Origin: Candidatus Zixiibacteriota bacterium
GTDB lineage: Bacteria > Zixibacteria > MSB-5A5 > GN15 > JAAZOE01
Direction: 5' to 3'
Assembly (NCBI GenBank): GCA_043819555.1
Contig: JBDREQ010000027.1
Span: 1-64,000 of the forward strand
Length of the DNA stretch: 64,000 nucleotides
Below are positions 17,761 through 27,615 of the stretch, piece by piece. The notes below the pieces were generated by a model, which was given only the letters and a program-made list of their open reading frames with translations, made no database searches and had not been told where the DNA came from. Made by a program: the position numbers and the translations under genes. Positions within the stretch are counted from its first letter, which is position 1; every line of letters begins with the position of its first letter.

Positions 17761-18848
17761 TGGAAAAAAAGATTAATTTGAATGATCTCAAGGCTGATTA
17801 TAAGAGCAAGGTAGAAAAACTGACGGCTCTCAAGCCGGTCGTCGACAATCTGAAACCCCGAATTGAGGATGCCGATATCGCGGCCGTAATTGCCCGTCGG
17901 ACGGGGATTCCCGTAACAAAAATGCTGACGGCCGAAAAGGATCGCCTGATAAACATGGAATCATATCTATCCAAAAAAATCATCGGGCAGGATCAGGCTA
18001 TCAAAGTTATTTGTAATGCAATTCGCAAGGCGCGTTCGGGACTTAAGCTCCCGTATCGTCCGGTGGGGTCGTTTTTATTTTTGGGACCGACCGGGACGGG
18101 GAAGACTTATTTGCCCAAGTTGTTGGCCGAATTTTTATTCGATGATAAAAACGCGATGGTGCGGATGGATATGTCGGAATTTATGGAAGCGCATTCGGTA
18201 GCCAAACTGATAGGCGCCCCTCCCGGATATGTTGGGTATGAAGCAGGCGGCATATTAACTGAAGCTGTCAGAAAAAAACCATTTTCGGTAGTGCTTTTTG
18301 ATGAAGTCGAAAAGGCTCATATGGATGTCTTTAATGTTCTGCTACAACTTATGGATGATGGACGTTTGACAGATGGTCAGGGGCGGACGGTTGATTTTTC
18401 AAATACAATTGTAGTCTTGACTTCCAATTTTGCCGCCGAGAAAATTCTTGAAGCTGATCGTGAGGGACGCGAACTGGATATGGAGGAAGTTCGAGCCTTT
18501 TTATTTTCCAAATTCCGTCCGGAATTGCTCAACCGCCTTAATGATATTATAATTTATCACTCATTTACACAGGAGCAGGTGGAGAAAATCGCGGCTTTGG
18601 AATTTGAAAATCTATGCGTATTACTTAAAGACCAGAATATACTGGCGAGTTTATCAAAGAAAGCACTGGCCAAACTGGCCAAAGACGGTTACACGCCCGA
18701 ACTGGGAGCTCGGCCAATTCAGCGGACGATAGAAAAAGATATTATCAATAAATTGTCGGTAGATATTATTACCGGCGACATATCGTCCGGCGATGAGATT
18801 GAGATTGATGTGAAGAAAAATGAGTATGTATTTTCGAAAAAGAAATAG
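17760..18848 (+). CDS. tssH: TssH/ClpV-type AAA+ ATPase, C-terminal half (NBD2)
   Basis: TGIPV, IGQDQA, FLGPTGTGKT, RMDMSE, GAPPGYVG, LFDEVEKAH, GARP; own AAGGAG RBS; TAATG overlap with the upstream stop. Confidence 0.9.
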   Translation: MEKKINLNDLKADYKSKVEKLTALKPVVDNLKPRIEDADIAAVIARRTGIPVTKMLTAEKDRLINMESYLSKKIIGQDQAIKVICNAIRKARSGLKLPYRPVGSFLFLGPTGTGKTYLPKLLAEFLFDDKNAMVRMDMSEFMEAHSVAKLIGAPPGYVGYEAGGILTEAVRKKPFSVVLFDEVEKAHMDVFNVLLQLMDDGRLTDGQGRTVDFSNTIVVLTSNFAAEKILEADREGRELDMEEVRAFLFSKFRPELLNRLNDIIIYHSFTQEQVEKIAALEFENLCVLLKDQNILASLSKKALAKLAKDGYTPELGARPIQRTIEKDIINKLSVDIITGDISSGDEIEIDVKKNEYVFSKKK

Positions 18849-18880
18849 AGATTAAACATAAATAGAAAACGGAGGATTTG

Positions 18881-19324
18881 ATGGCCAAATTTATTCTGGG
18901 CGCGACAGAAAAGATAAAGCGCGACGATTCCATCCCGGTGGAATTACTTCCCTCCAATAAACTTCTTTACGCGGCGAAATTGAACAATGATGAAGAAGCC
19001 GATGTAACTCCGGTGCGATGCAACAACCTTAAAGAAGTTTTCGAGAAGTTTCGCCCGTCTTTTTCAGTCGAGATGGATTCCACGGATGGGGAGCAGGTCA
19101 ATGCCGATTTCGAGATTAAGGCGATGAAAGATTTCGGCAGCAAGCAGTTGATTGACCAGAATGATTATTTGCAAAAAGTTTATTATGGGAAAGAGATTCT
19201 CAACGACCTCGAAAAGCAATTGAAGAAAAATAATTCCCTGAAGAAAACTCTGGCGGACAAAGACAAGAAGGACGCGCTTCTGAAACTCGCCAGGTATTAC
19301 ATTGACCTGTTAAGCGAAGAATAA
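18881..19324 (+). CDS. tssB: T6SS contractile sheath small subunit, Bacteroidota-type
   Basis: ELLPSNKLLYAAKL...LKEVFEKFRPS...MKDFG...L pattern; size and position before TssC; GGAGG RBS. Confidence 0.8.
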   Translation: MAKFILGATEKIKRDDSIPVELLPSNKLLYAAKLNNDEEADVTPVRCNNLKEVFEKFRPSFSVEMDSTDGEQVNADFEIKAMKDFGSKQLIDQNDYLQKVYYGKEILNDLEKQLKKNNSLKKTLADKDKKDALLKLARYYIDLLSEE

Positions 19325-19340
19325 AGTGAGGTGAGGATAA

Positions 19341-20777
19341 ATGGGCGAAGAAGAAAAAAATGAAATGCAGCCGCAGCAGGCTGAAGCCGCCGATGCCGCA
19401 CCCCAAAAGGAAGCGGTCGAAATAGAAAAGATTTCCGATGAGGAATTCGCGGCTATTTTAGGTGAGAACTTCGGCGATTACAAAAAGCTGGCGGCATTGA
19501 TGCCGTCATTTAAGACGCCTGATGGCGATCTGATTCGCGGAGTTGAATGGCTGGATCCGAAAAAAAGTTTCCAGCGCAAAGAATTTTTGAGCAAGAAAGA
19601 TTTCGCGGGGCAGCGCAAGCTTTTGGCGCTAAGGCTGGAAGCCTGGATAAAAACTCTTGCCGCTGATGAAGCGGAGGACGATAAGCGCAGGAAGCTCAGC
19701 GAAGAATCGGCCAAGCTCGAAGAAAACCTCAAGAAGAATATGAAAAAAGTGCATCGTTCCAGCCGGGAAATGGAAACAACATATCGGGCGATTGATAAGT
19801 TTTTTGCCAATGCCCAGCAGGAACCGGATGAAAAAGTGAACGCTTATTTTGTCAATGCCAGCGCGGAGCAGCTGGCAAATCCTGATGACAAGGAGAAATT
19901 TGAAGAAGTCTCCAAGGCGGTGGCTGATTTGTACCGGGAATGGAGCATTAAAGAGTGTTTTTCGATGGCTGTCGTTCCGGGATATTTGGGGAGCGTTGAA
20001 AATATTGACGGCTTTGCCAGGATGCTGGGGCTACCCAATAAGGTCCATGTTATGACCGATTTGCCCGATTTTGAATCGGTCGAAGAAGTCATGGAAATGC
20101 TTGAAGATCCCAGCTATGCCAGCCTGTCTGGAATCGATGATTATAAGCAATATGTATCATTGTTTGCCAACTATGTCCAAGCCCGTTCCGCGAATGAATA
20201 TGAGGATGAGGATATGTGGATACCGCCTTCGGCGGTCGTAGCCGGTAAAATGTATCAGGGCGATACGACCGCCGGCATGCAGCAGCCAATGGCCGGATTT
20301 AAGCACGGCAAGATTGCCGACGCCAAGTATCTGCGATTCAAAGCCAATCAGCCGGATGCCTCCAAGATAAATGAAAAAGGTGTCAATCCGATGGTCAACT
20401 TTGAGGGTACGGCGGTGGCAATGGGCGCCGCGACTCTATTTACCAAAGAGACATTCAATGTTTATTCGATTCGCCGAACGTATGATTATGTCTATAAAAC
20501 ACTAAGAAATTATCTGAATAAACAAACTTTTTCGGTCATTGATCAAAAGTTTGTTGATACCATGCGTCGCGATATTGATAAATTCATGAAGGCGATTTCG
20601 GGTGGAGATAATATTCTCCAGGATTACAGAATCGAGATTTTCGCTGACGATGAAATGCGTAAACGCCAGGAGATAGATATTAAGGTCGCTCTTAATCCCA
20701 AATATCCGGCACGCACCTTCAATATTGAGTTCACTGCCTGGAATGAGGATAACGCGACCAATGTGAAGGATAAATAA
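19341..20777 (+). CDS. tssC: T6SS contractile sheath large subunit, DUF5458/Bacteroidota-type
   Basis: METTYRAIDKFFANA, VVPGYLGS, WIPPSAVVAGKMY, QPMAGFKHG, AATLF, YSIRR.YDYV.K. Confidence 0.88.
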   Translation: MGEEEKNEMQPQQAEAADAAPQKEAVEIEKISDEEFAAILGENFGDYKKLAALMPSFKTPDGDLIRGVEWLDPKKSFQRKEFLSKKDFAGQRKLLALRLEAWIKTLAADEAEDDKRRKLSEESAKLEENLKKNMKKVHRSSREMETTYRAIDKFFANAQQEPDEKVNAYFVNASAEQLANPDDKEKFEEVSKAVADLYREWSIKECFSMAVVPGYLGSVENIDGFARMLGLPNKVHVMTDLPDFESVEEVMEMLEDPSYASLSGIDDYKQYVSLFANYVQARSANEYEDEDMWIPPSAVVAGKMYQGDTTAGMQQPMAGFKHGKIADAKYLRFKANQPDASKINEKGVNPMVNFEGTAVAMGAATLFTKETFNVYSIRRTYDYVYKTLRNYLNKQTFSVIDQKFVDTMRRDIDKFMKAISGGDNILQDYRIEIFADDEMRKRQEIDIKVALNPKYPARTFNIEFTAWNEDNATNVKDK

Positions 20778-20815
20778 AAACCTGTTTTTATAACCAAAAA
20801 TAAGGAGAGCCAGTT

Positions 20816-21220
20816 ATGGCACGGAGACCAACATTAGAGATTGATGGAGTTGTGTACAAAAATGTATATAGGGTTGAATATGGCCTGTACACGGCTAAAG
20901 ATGAAACCGGACGCCCTTCGGACAGGGCTCATGCCGGCGTTGTAAAAATAACGCGTGAATCGGATGAATCAGCTGATATTGCTCGCTGGGCAATGGATTC
21001 GAGCAAACCGAATTGGAAATCCGGCAAAGTAATTTTTAGAAATCCCGACGACGCGGCCATGAAAGAACTGACATGGGAAGAAGGGTTTATCACCAAGTAT
21101 GAGGAGCAGGTGCCTCATATTAAGAATAATCCTGATGATCAGATTTATGAGTATTTCGAAATTTCATGCCATAAATTAGTCATTGCCGACGCCGAGATAG
21201 ACAATCGCTGGGAAGAATAA
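20816..21220 (+). CDS. tssD: T6SS inner tube protein TssD (Hcp)
   Basis: DETGRPSD..HAG.V.I..ES...W...KSGK..F....MKEL.W.EGFI..Y.E, Bacteroidota TssD pattern. Confidence 0.9.
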   Translation: MARRPTLEIDGVVYKNVYRVEYGLYTAKDETGRPSDRAHAGVVKITRESDESADIARWAMDSSKPNWKSGKVIFRNPDDAAMKELTWEEGFITKYEEQVPHIKNNPDDQIYEYFEISCHKLVIADAEIDNRWEE

Positions 21221-21231
21221 TTAATCGTATT

Positions 21232-21260
21232 ACCGGGCGGGATAATTCTACCCGTCCGGT
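21232..21260 (+). terminator. Stem-loop after tssD (partial terminator or mRNA stabiliser)
   Basis: ACCGGGCGGG-ATAATTCTA-CCCGTCCGGT followed by TTAACATTTTT. Confidence 0.65.
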
Positions 21261-21287
21261 TTAACATTTTTAGCCACAGGCCGCGTT

Positions 21288-23066
21288 ATGCCGACTGACG
21301 AACAAAAAAAATCAGAAAACGAAAAGCCATTCAATCCGTTTACTGATGATGTCCTTGAGAACCCGATTGATTTCTCGGGAGCCTGCAATGTCTCGTTAAC
21401 CATCGATGGCAAAAAAATAAGCTATGATATTTATCGTCTGGATCTGATTCAGCAGATTGATAATCATCATGTGGCGAAGGTATTAATTCGCGAACTCGGT
21501 CAGGATACTTCCGAAATGGATTTTTCCGAGGCAATCGGTTATACCGATTTTCTTGGCAAATCAATTTCCATTTCGATTGAAGCGGAAATAATTAATGAAA
21601 GCGCGCCAGTCAAATCAACTTTTGTGGGGACGATTACCAGGGTCGAATTAAAAAATAGTATAAATGGAATAAATGTTGGCATTGTCACGGCTCAAAGTCC
21701 GACGATAGCCATGGATGGGGCTAAGCATAATTGTTTTTTTATGGATCAAAAAGCATCTGATGTAATCGGTTCGATATTACGCAATTATCCCATTACGGTC
21801 GGCAAAACCGAATCGACCGATGGTCAAATGAAATTCTGCGTTCAATACCGCGAAACTGATTATGATTTTATTATGCGCCTGGCAACCGGTTCGGGATTGT
21901 TCGCCTATTATGACGGTGAAAAATTCAATGTCGAAAAAGCCCATCAGTCAAATACCATTGAACTGGCCTGGCGCTATACATTAGGCGCTTTTGTCTATGG
22001 ATTAGGGACCGCATCGACCGAATTTACCTCGTCAGTATATAATTATGAGCAGAAAAAGACATTCGACCAGGATTCTAAATCTCTCCCGCTGCAATCGTCC
22101 GTATCCGAGATGTCCCGGAAAAGCACTGACGCATCAAAGAAGATTTTCACTAAATCGGGATTCAGTGAATCTCCAAAATTCGTCGCCGACGCTCAGGGAC
22201 TCGACAAAGCGCTTCAGAATGATCGAAACAAAGCTATTGGACAGATGATATTATGCCATGGTTCATGCAGCCAGCCCCAGGTTGCCCCGGGGAAGTGCGT
22301 CAAAGTCAACGGCATGGCCAAAATGGACGGTTCGTACTGGGTGACCAAAGTACATCATACTTTTGCCAAAAGCAGTTATACGAATAAATTTGAATGCGTG
22401 CCGATTGATGTCGCCCATCCTAAAGCTCATTCGAATCGCGCGACAATTACCAACCTGCAGACGGCTGAAGTAGTTGATAATATTGACCCGGATAAGATGG
22501 GCCGCATCAAAGTCAAATTCCCCTGGAATGCCGATGATACAATCTGGATTCGCGTTGCTGTGCCCCATGCCGGGAAAGATCGGGGCTGGTTTTCCATACC
22601 TGAAATTGGCGACGAAGTACTTGTCGGTTATGAACAGGGGTCGCCTGATTTGCCGATCGTAATCGGTTCTTTGTATAATAAAGATAACGCGCCGCATGGC
22701 GACACCGGTACCGATGATAATTCCGTGAAGGGTTTTATTACTAAAAGCGGCAACAAAATTGTTATTAATGATTCCGGCGGAGGTGAACAGATAGGGATTA
22801 TTGCCGCCGATGGAAGTCAGGTGATAATTGAATCCGGCGGCCCGTCAATTACGATTGAAACCGCCGGCGACGTAACGATAAAGGCAAAAAATATTACGCT
22901 TAAAGCCGATAGCAAGATTGTGCTGGATGGCGGCCAGATTGAAATCAAATCCGGCGGGGATATTAAATCCGAAGCGAGTATGAATATGGCTACCAAGGCC
23001 GGAATTGAATATAAGATTGAGGGAACAATGGTTACTGTAAAAGGTACCCCGATACAATTAAATTAG
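21288..23066 (+). CDS. vgrG: VgrG (TssI) spike protein, no obvious C-terminal effector extension
   Basis: VQYRETDYDFIMRLA, DPDKMGRIKVKFPW, WIRVA.PHAG, IPEIGDEVLVGY, P.VIGSLYN, beta-helix repeats. Confidence 0.93.
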   Translation: MPTDEQKKSENEKPFNPFTDDVLENPIDFSGACNVSLTIDGKKISYDIYRLDLIQQIDNHHVAKVLIRELGQDTSEMDFSEAIGYTDFLGKSISISIEAEIINESAPVKSTFVGTITRVELKNSINGINVGIVTAQSPTIAMDGAKHNCFFMDQKASDVIGSILRNYPITVGKTESTDGQMKFCVQYRETDYDFIMRLATGSGLFAYYDGEKFNVEKAHQSNTIELAWRYTLGAFVYGLGTASTEFTSSVYNYEQKKTFDQDSKSLPLQSSVSEMSRKSTDASKKIFTKSGFSESPKFVADAQGLDKALQNDRNKAIGQMILCHGSCSQPQVAPGKCVKVNGMAKMDGSYWVTKVHHTFAKSSYTNKFECVPIDVAHPKAHSNRATITNLQTAEVVDNIDPDKMGRIKVKFPWNADDTIWIRVAVPHAGKDRGWFSIPEIGDEVLVGYEQGSPDLPIVIGSLYNKDNAPHGDTGTDDNSVKGFITKSGNKIVINDSGGGEQIGIIAADGSQVIIESGGPSITIETAGDVTIKAKNITLKADSKIVLDGGQIEIKSGGDIKSEASMNMATKAGIEYKIEGTMVTVKGTPIQLN

Positions 23067-23074
23067 CGGCTTCT

Positions 23075-23449
23075 ATGGAATATTTAGCGTTACCTTTTGT
23101 TTTGCGGGAAGGATATCTCGACCGCGCCAGGCTCGATGAATCGATTAAATTTTCAATCGGCCTAATTTTGTGTACGCGGCGCGGTTCATTGCCATTTGAG
23201 ACAGATTATGGCAGCGATATTTGGGAAAAGGAATTTTCGGATTTAATGACAGCCAATAAAGGCGACATCCGATCCAATTTGCGAAACGCGATTGATAAAT
23301 ATGAAAAACGGCTGTACAACACAGCTGTTTCACTGGTGAAAATTGATGGCGCCGGGCCGCATTCGGTGAGTATGGCGATTAAGGTTACCGGTAATTATAA
23401 GGAAGACAATGAAGAGCAGAAATTTGAGGCGAGCTATCTACTGGGGTAA
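23075..23449 (+). CDS. tssE: Baseplate gp25-like subunit TssE
   Basis: ESI...I.LIL.T.RG......YGSDIWE...AIDKYEKRL, GPW/gp25 pattern. Confidence 0.85.
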   Translation: MEYLALPFVLREGYLDRARLDESIKFSIGLILCTRRGSLPFETDYGSDIWEKEFSDLMTANKGDIRSNLRNAIDKYEKRLYNTAVSLVKIDGAGPHSVSMAIKVTGNYKEDNEEQKFEASYLLG

Positions 23450-23452
23450 ATT

Positions 23453-25141
23453 GTGAACGATAAATCCGAAGCCATACGTCATTCAAAATCAAAATCACAG
23501 CAGGAAATTTTCGCCGAGATGCATCGGCAATTGCGGGCTTTTGATAATACTATCCCCGCCGCTCCGGAAAGGCTGGATCCGGTTTTACGAATATTACTCC
23601 AGTTGTACGCGCAACAATTGGAGAGAATTGACGGCCGGCTGGATATGGTCTGGGATGTTGCCGTCAATACTTTGATTCGATCGATGTGTCCGGAAAGTAT
23701 GCGCTGGCCGGTTCCGGCGTTTACAGTCATGAAGTGTAAAACCAAAGATCCCGTGGTTCAAGTCGATATCCATACCAAATTTTTCTATAAGGAAAAACGG
23801 GAGGGAGGACAGACCTTTTTCTTTTCGCCGCTTAAAACCGAAAAATTGCTTAATGTTCGCATTGATAAAGTGCTTGTTCGGGTCGATGACAATCTGGTCG
23901 ATTTATCTCCCGTAAGCGAAGAAGAGATGTCTTCAACTTCCCGAATGAGGACGTCGTTCCCGGCGGGAGCCAAATATCAGATTTATATTGGTCTCGATTA
24001 TTCCGGATCCCCAGTTGATTTGGCCGGGAGTACGATCTTCCTGAATGGAATGCCTGATGTTCTCAAACAACTTCGCTGGGCCCGGTGGTTTCCTGGCTCA
24101 AATTTTGGATCATTTCAGGAAGACTGTAGTTTTTGCCCCGGTTTGACCAGTTCGCTGGAATCAATTTTCGCCGACAATGGCAGTTATTCGGATTGGGGGG
24201 GGTTGCGAAATAGTTCGGAGTTATTCAAATCTCTGGAAGATAGTTTTATTGTTCTTCCTGAGAATTTTACTTCGACCTGGGAGTTGGGGCCGGCCGATCC
24301 CGAACTAGTAGATTTGGCTCAAAAAGATGGCTTGCGTGATCTCGATGATCTGGAGCATTTGTACTGGATTCGCCTTGATTTACCGGAAGGCGGCGATAAG
24401 TCACGATTGCAATCATCTTTTGAAATAAACTTTGACAGCTTTATCGCGGTCAATAAAAATGATCTGACTCTCTTCAAGCATACCGGCGGGAATCGTCTGG
24501 TTGAAGTAGAGCTGCCTGAGGATTTATCAAGTATTCTCGAAATAACCAGTGTTTTTGATAGTCACGGGCGTTCTTATACCCCGCGTCATTTGATTGCTCA
24601 ATCATCAGACAGGTTTTATTCCCCGGAAGAGCGCAATAATCGGCTTGTCCTATGGTTTGATTTCCCGTCGGAACTCGAGCTTCCTCCGGAATCGATAACG
24701 GTCAATTATTCAGTCACGGCCGGGGTTGCCGCAAACGGTATTGAGGCGGGGATGATTGAGGAATTATATGAGAACCATCCCGGGATAGATTCAGCGGTTA
24801 ATGTTATTCCGGTCAATGGCGCAATTCCGGCCAAGACCGAAGAACAAATCATGACCGAGGTCGCGGCCCGTTTGCGAAATCGGGATCGGTCGCTGAGTTT
24901 TTCAGGAATTTCAAGATGGGCGAAGATTTTTGATCCCCGCATAATCAGCTCCGAATGCGAGAATGGTATCGAGCGATTGAATTCCGGCGTCCGAAGATGC
25001 ATCATCGCCAAGGTCACGGTAAAAAAAGATAAATTTTATTCCATTGAAGAAATTGAGCTTTTGAAAACAAGGCTGGCAGCGTTCCTGAAATCACGCTCGC
25101 CGGTAAATACGCATTATCGGGTGGAGATTATTCAGGGATGA
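23453..25141 (+). CDS. tssF: Baseplate wedge subunit TssF
   Basis: LDPVLRILL, P.....PVPAFTV, C-terminal LRNRDR..S...W, gp6-like; position between tssE and tssG. Confidence 0.8.
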   Translation: MNDKSEAIRHSKSKSQQEIFAEMHRQLRAFDNTIPAAPERLDPVLRILLQLYAQQLERIDGRLDMVWDVAVNTLIRSMCPESMRWPVPAFTVMKCKTKDPVVQVDIHTKFFYKEKREGGQTFFFSPLKTEKLLNVRIDKVLVRVDDNLVDLSPVSEEEMSSTSRMRTSFPAGAKYQIYIGLDYSGSPVDLAGSTIFLNGMPDVLKQLRWARWFPGSNFGSFQEDCSFCPGLTSSLESIFADNGSYSDWGGLRNSSELFKSLEDSFIVLPENFTSTWELGPADPELVDLAQKDGLRDLDDLEHLYWIRLDLPEGGDKSRLQSSFEINFDSFIAVNKNDLTLFKHTGGNRLVEVELPEDLSSILEITSVFDSHGRSYTPRHLIAQSSDRFYSPEERNNRLVLWFDFPSELELPPESITVNYSVTAGVAANGIEAGMIEELYENHPGIDSAVNVIPVNGAIPAKTEEQIMTEVAARLRNRDRSLSFSGISRWAKIFDPRIISSECENGIERLNSGVRRCIIAKVTVKKDKFYSIEEIELLKTRLAAFLKSRSPVNTHYRVEIIQG

Positions 25142-26049
25142 TATATTTCGGCAAAGATAAAATGCCCGATTTCTGTCATCGGCGACATCCCTTTCATTAT
25201 ACAACCGCTCTCAACCTGCTTACCCGCATGGGAATTGATGTGGATCGGATAAACCTTCTGGCGGTAGGCGAGTATGAGAATTATAAAGGCGAAGTCATAA
25301 ACCAGACTCCGCCTCCGGAAACCGATTTGCGCAAAGACGCGTCGATAACGCTGGAGATTGGATTTCCCAGCGCGGTTGACTTTATGCCTTATCAATTTTT
25401 CTATGGACTTGAAGGCCGGTTTAGCCGCGGCGACTGGGAGGAAGGCTCACGTCATTTCATGGCGCCATTTGACGGAGCCGTAATTCGTTTTGAATCCAAG
25501 ACAAGATACCATGCCCTGAAATATAATTTTGGGATTGTCGAACGGGAATACTTGGAAAAATATTTAGCGCTTTTCGATTTTGATGTCAAAAAGGAAACAG
25601 GAAGCGATAGCGGCTACTCTCTCTGGGCGGCGTTATTGCCCGTTTTTAACGAATGGGCCGGAAATGCCGCCGGCGTTGAGAAAATTCTTCAGGCGGTTAT
25701 GGATTACAAATTTAAGATAATTGAAAATCTCCCGCGCCAATATGAAATTCCCAATGATCTGCGCTATCATCTTGGATCGATGACCGGCCGGTTGGGACGT
25801 GAATCGATTTTGGGCGATTCTTTTACCGAATGTGATTCATGTTATGGCGTACTCGTTAGCGGAATCAGGCGCGATGAGATTAGGGATTTTTTACCGGGCA
25901 AATCGAAGCGGAAGAAAATAGAGACCCTGCTGGGCCTGTGTATGCCGAGCAATCTTGAATTTAAACTGATATTTCGAGTTTCGGACAATGAGACGATAAT
26001 AGGAGATAAAGATAAAAACGCTATTTTAGGGTACTCGGTTCAGATTTGA
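25138..26049 (+). CDS. tssG: Baseplate subunit TssG with N-terminal PASTA-like segment
   Basis: R.FMAPFD, LLP......GN, LG..SILGD, FLPG, LGYS (Bacteroidota TssG-like); overlaps the tssF stop. Confidence 0.75.
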   Translation: MIYFGKDKMPDFCHRRHPFHYTTALNLLTRMGIDVDRINLLAVGEYENYKGEVINQTPPPETDLRKDASITLEIGFPSAVDFMPYQFFYGLEGRFSRGDWEEGSRHFMAPFDGAVIRFESKTRYHALKYNFGIVEREYLEKYLALFDFDVKKETGSDSGYSLWAALLPVFNEWAGNAAGVEKILQAVMDYKFKIIENLPRQYEIPNDLRYHLGSMTGRLGRESILGDSFTECDSCYGVLVSGIRRDEIRDFLPGKSKRKKIETLLGLCMPSNLEFKLIFRVSDNETIIGDKDKNAILGYSVQI

Positions 26050-26097
26050 TTCGGATATTTTGGCGGGCCGGTATAAATTATCGATTTTTCAACTATC

Positions 26098-26126
26098 TTG
26101 ACATACTCAACCGGCGCCCCTAACTT
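26098..26126 (+). promoter_or_regulatory. Possible internal sigma70-like promoter for tssK and downstream membrane genes
   Basis: TTGACA-17 bp-TAACTT in the 101-bp gap before ATG 26151. Confidence 0.5.
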
Positions 26127-26150
26127 GAAAAATAGAAGTAAGGCGGAACA

Positions 26151-27593
26151 ATGAGCGATATGAAATTGCAGTCGGTTAATTGGCAGGATGGGATGCTCAT
26201 CAGCAAAAAGCATCTTACCCAGCAGGAAATATATTTTGAGGAGTTGATTCGCTGGCATGCGCTGCGTGTCTCTGATAATTACGGTCTCATCAGGAAATCG
26301 GCTTCCGGTCAGGGAGCCTTATCATTGAATTTGACTTTGGCTGGAAATCGGCTGCGGGTTGAGGTCAATCGTTGCCAGGCAGTCACATCAGAGGGATATT
26401 ATATCAATGTCGATGAAAATCGAATTATTAAGGGCGAAGCCGATGTCAACGCCACCGTAATACCGGTATATCTGGCGGTTAATCCTGAATCCAAGAAACC
26501 GGAAGGCGATCCCGAACCTTCGGAAGATATTCCTCGTTTACCTTATTTGACTAATGATTATTCTCTTCATGTCGGAACACCTCCGGATTTGCCGCAGGGG
26601 TGCTTTATCCAGATTGGCCGGTTGAATATCAGCGGCAGCGAAGTCATGGTTGCTCCTGACTACTATCCCCCATGCCTGAATATTTTTGCCGATAGCCGGC
26701 TTTCTGAGAAGGCCAGTGAGCTGAAAAACCGAGTGGAAAATTTATTATCGCTATCAACGCGTGCCCACGGAGCGATTACTGTCAGCGGGACATTAAAGGG
26801 TGAGAGTTCCGGCCTTCAGATTGCATTCAAAGAAACTTTGGGACGAGTAATTTTGCATTTGGCGGCTACCAATGATGGATTCGTAACCGGCTCCAATGCC
26901 GGACATCCTCTTGATATGATTGTCTATTTCAAGAAATTATTCCGCGTAGTTTCGACTCTTTTGAACCTTTATCCGGCTTTGAAAGATTACTTGAACGAAA
27001 AGTTTTTTACTCGAGAATTACGGAGCAACATCGGCAGTTTCCTGGCATCGATTGATTCATTTATTCTAATGGAATATAATCATCAGGATATCGGAGGCAT
27101 GATAAAGGCCATAGAAGGAATCTTGAACCCGTTACGCGACCTGTTCGCCTTTTTGGCCCAGACCAAAAAGGAAGAGCTGGGCGAACAGGCTATGGCGACC
27201 GAAACTTTGACATATTCCGGAAGGACTTATCGAAACCTGGCATATTCATCAAGTCGTTTAGAGAAGGTAGGTGAATTGTGTTACCTGATCATCAATATTA
27301 CTTCCGCATCGCCGGTTTCCGATACCGTAATTCTAATGTCAAAATCACTGTTTTCCGATAGTGAATGGCGAAACATGCAGGTTCGGCTGGGGATTAATGA
27401 TGCCCGGGGATTGGGTGAAACCGATCCGGTTGATATTGATACCCTCGCGTTTGGAAATAAAGTCGCCCTTCACCCTCGTGATTTATTGGAGTCGTCATCG
27501 GTTCATCAGATGACGCTTATTTTCCGCGGCGCCCCCGATTCTTCGAAATTTGATGGATTGGGGCAGATGGATATAATTATATACAGTCTTTAA
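26151..27593 (+). CDS. tssK: Baseplate-membrane complex connector TssK
   Basis: VNWQDGMLISKKHL N-terminus, NYGL, C.AVT..G..I, G.P...E...RLP, DYYPPC. Confidence 0.85.
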   Translation: MSDMKLQSVNWQDGMLISKKHLTQQEIYFEELIRWHALRVSDNYGLIRKSASGQGALSLNLTLAGNRLRVEVNRCQAVTSEGYYINVDENRIIKGEADVNATVIPVYLAVNPESKKPEGDPEPSEDIPRLPYLTNDYSLHVGTPPDLPQGCFIQIGRLNISGSEVMVAPDYYPPCLNIFADSRLSEKASELKNRVENLLSLSTRAHGAITVSGTLKGESSGLQIAFKETLGRVILHLAATNDGFVTGSNAGHPLDMIVYFKKLFRVVSTLLNLYPALKDYLNEKFFTRELRSNIGSFLASIDSFILMEYNHQDIGGMIKAIEGILNPLRDLFAFLAQTKKEELGEQAMATETLTYSGRTYRNLAYSSSRLEKVGELCYLIINITSASPVSDTVILMSKSLFSDSEWRNMQVRLGINDARGLGETDPVDIDTLAFGNKVALHPRDLLESSSVHQMTLIFRGAPDSSKFDGLGQMDIIIYSL

Positions 27594-27615
27594 GAGACAG
27601 ATGGGTGAATGAGAT

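Noticed and set aside
17740..17780. Frameshifted clpB pseudogene
   Set aside because: The second half has its own SD and a TAATG coupling, the break is at a domain boundary and all motifs are intact; not fully excluded without reads
16306..27593. Prophage tail or extracellular contractile injection system (eCIS/Afp/PVC)
   Set aside because: A ClpV-type ATPase, TssK and a two-part TssB/TssC sheath are present, and no capsid, terminase, tape-measure or lysis genes were seen; this fits a T6SS
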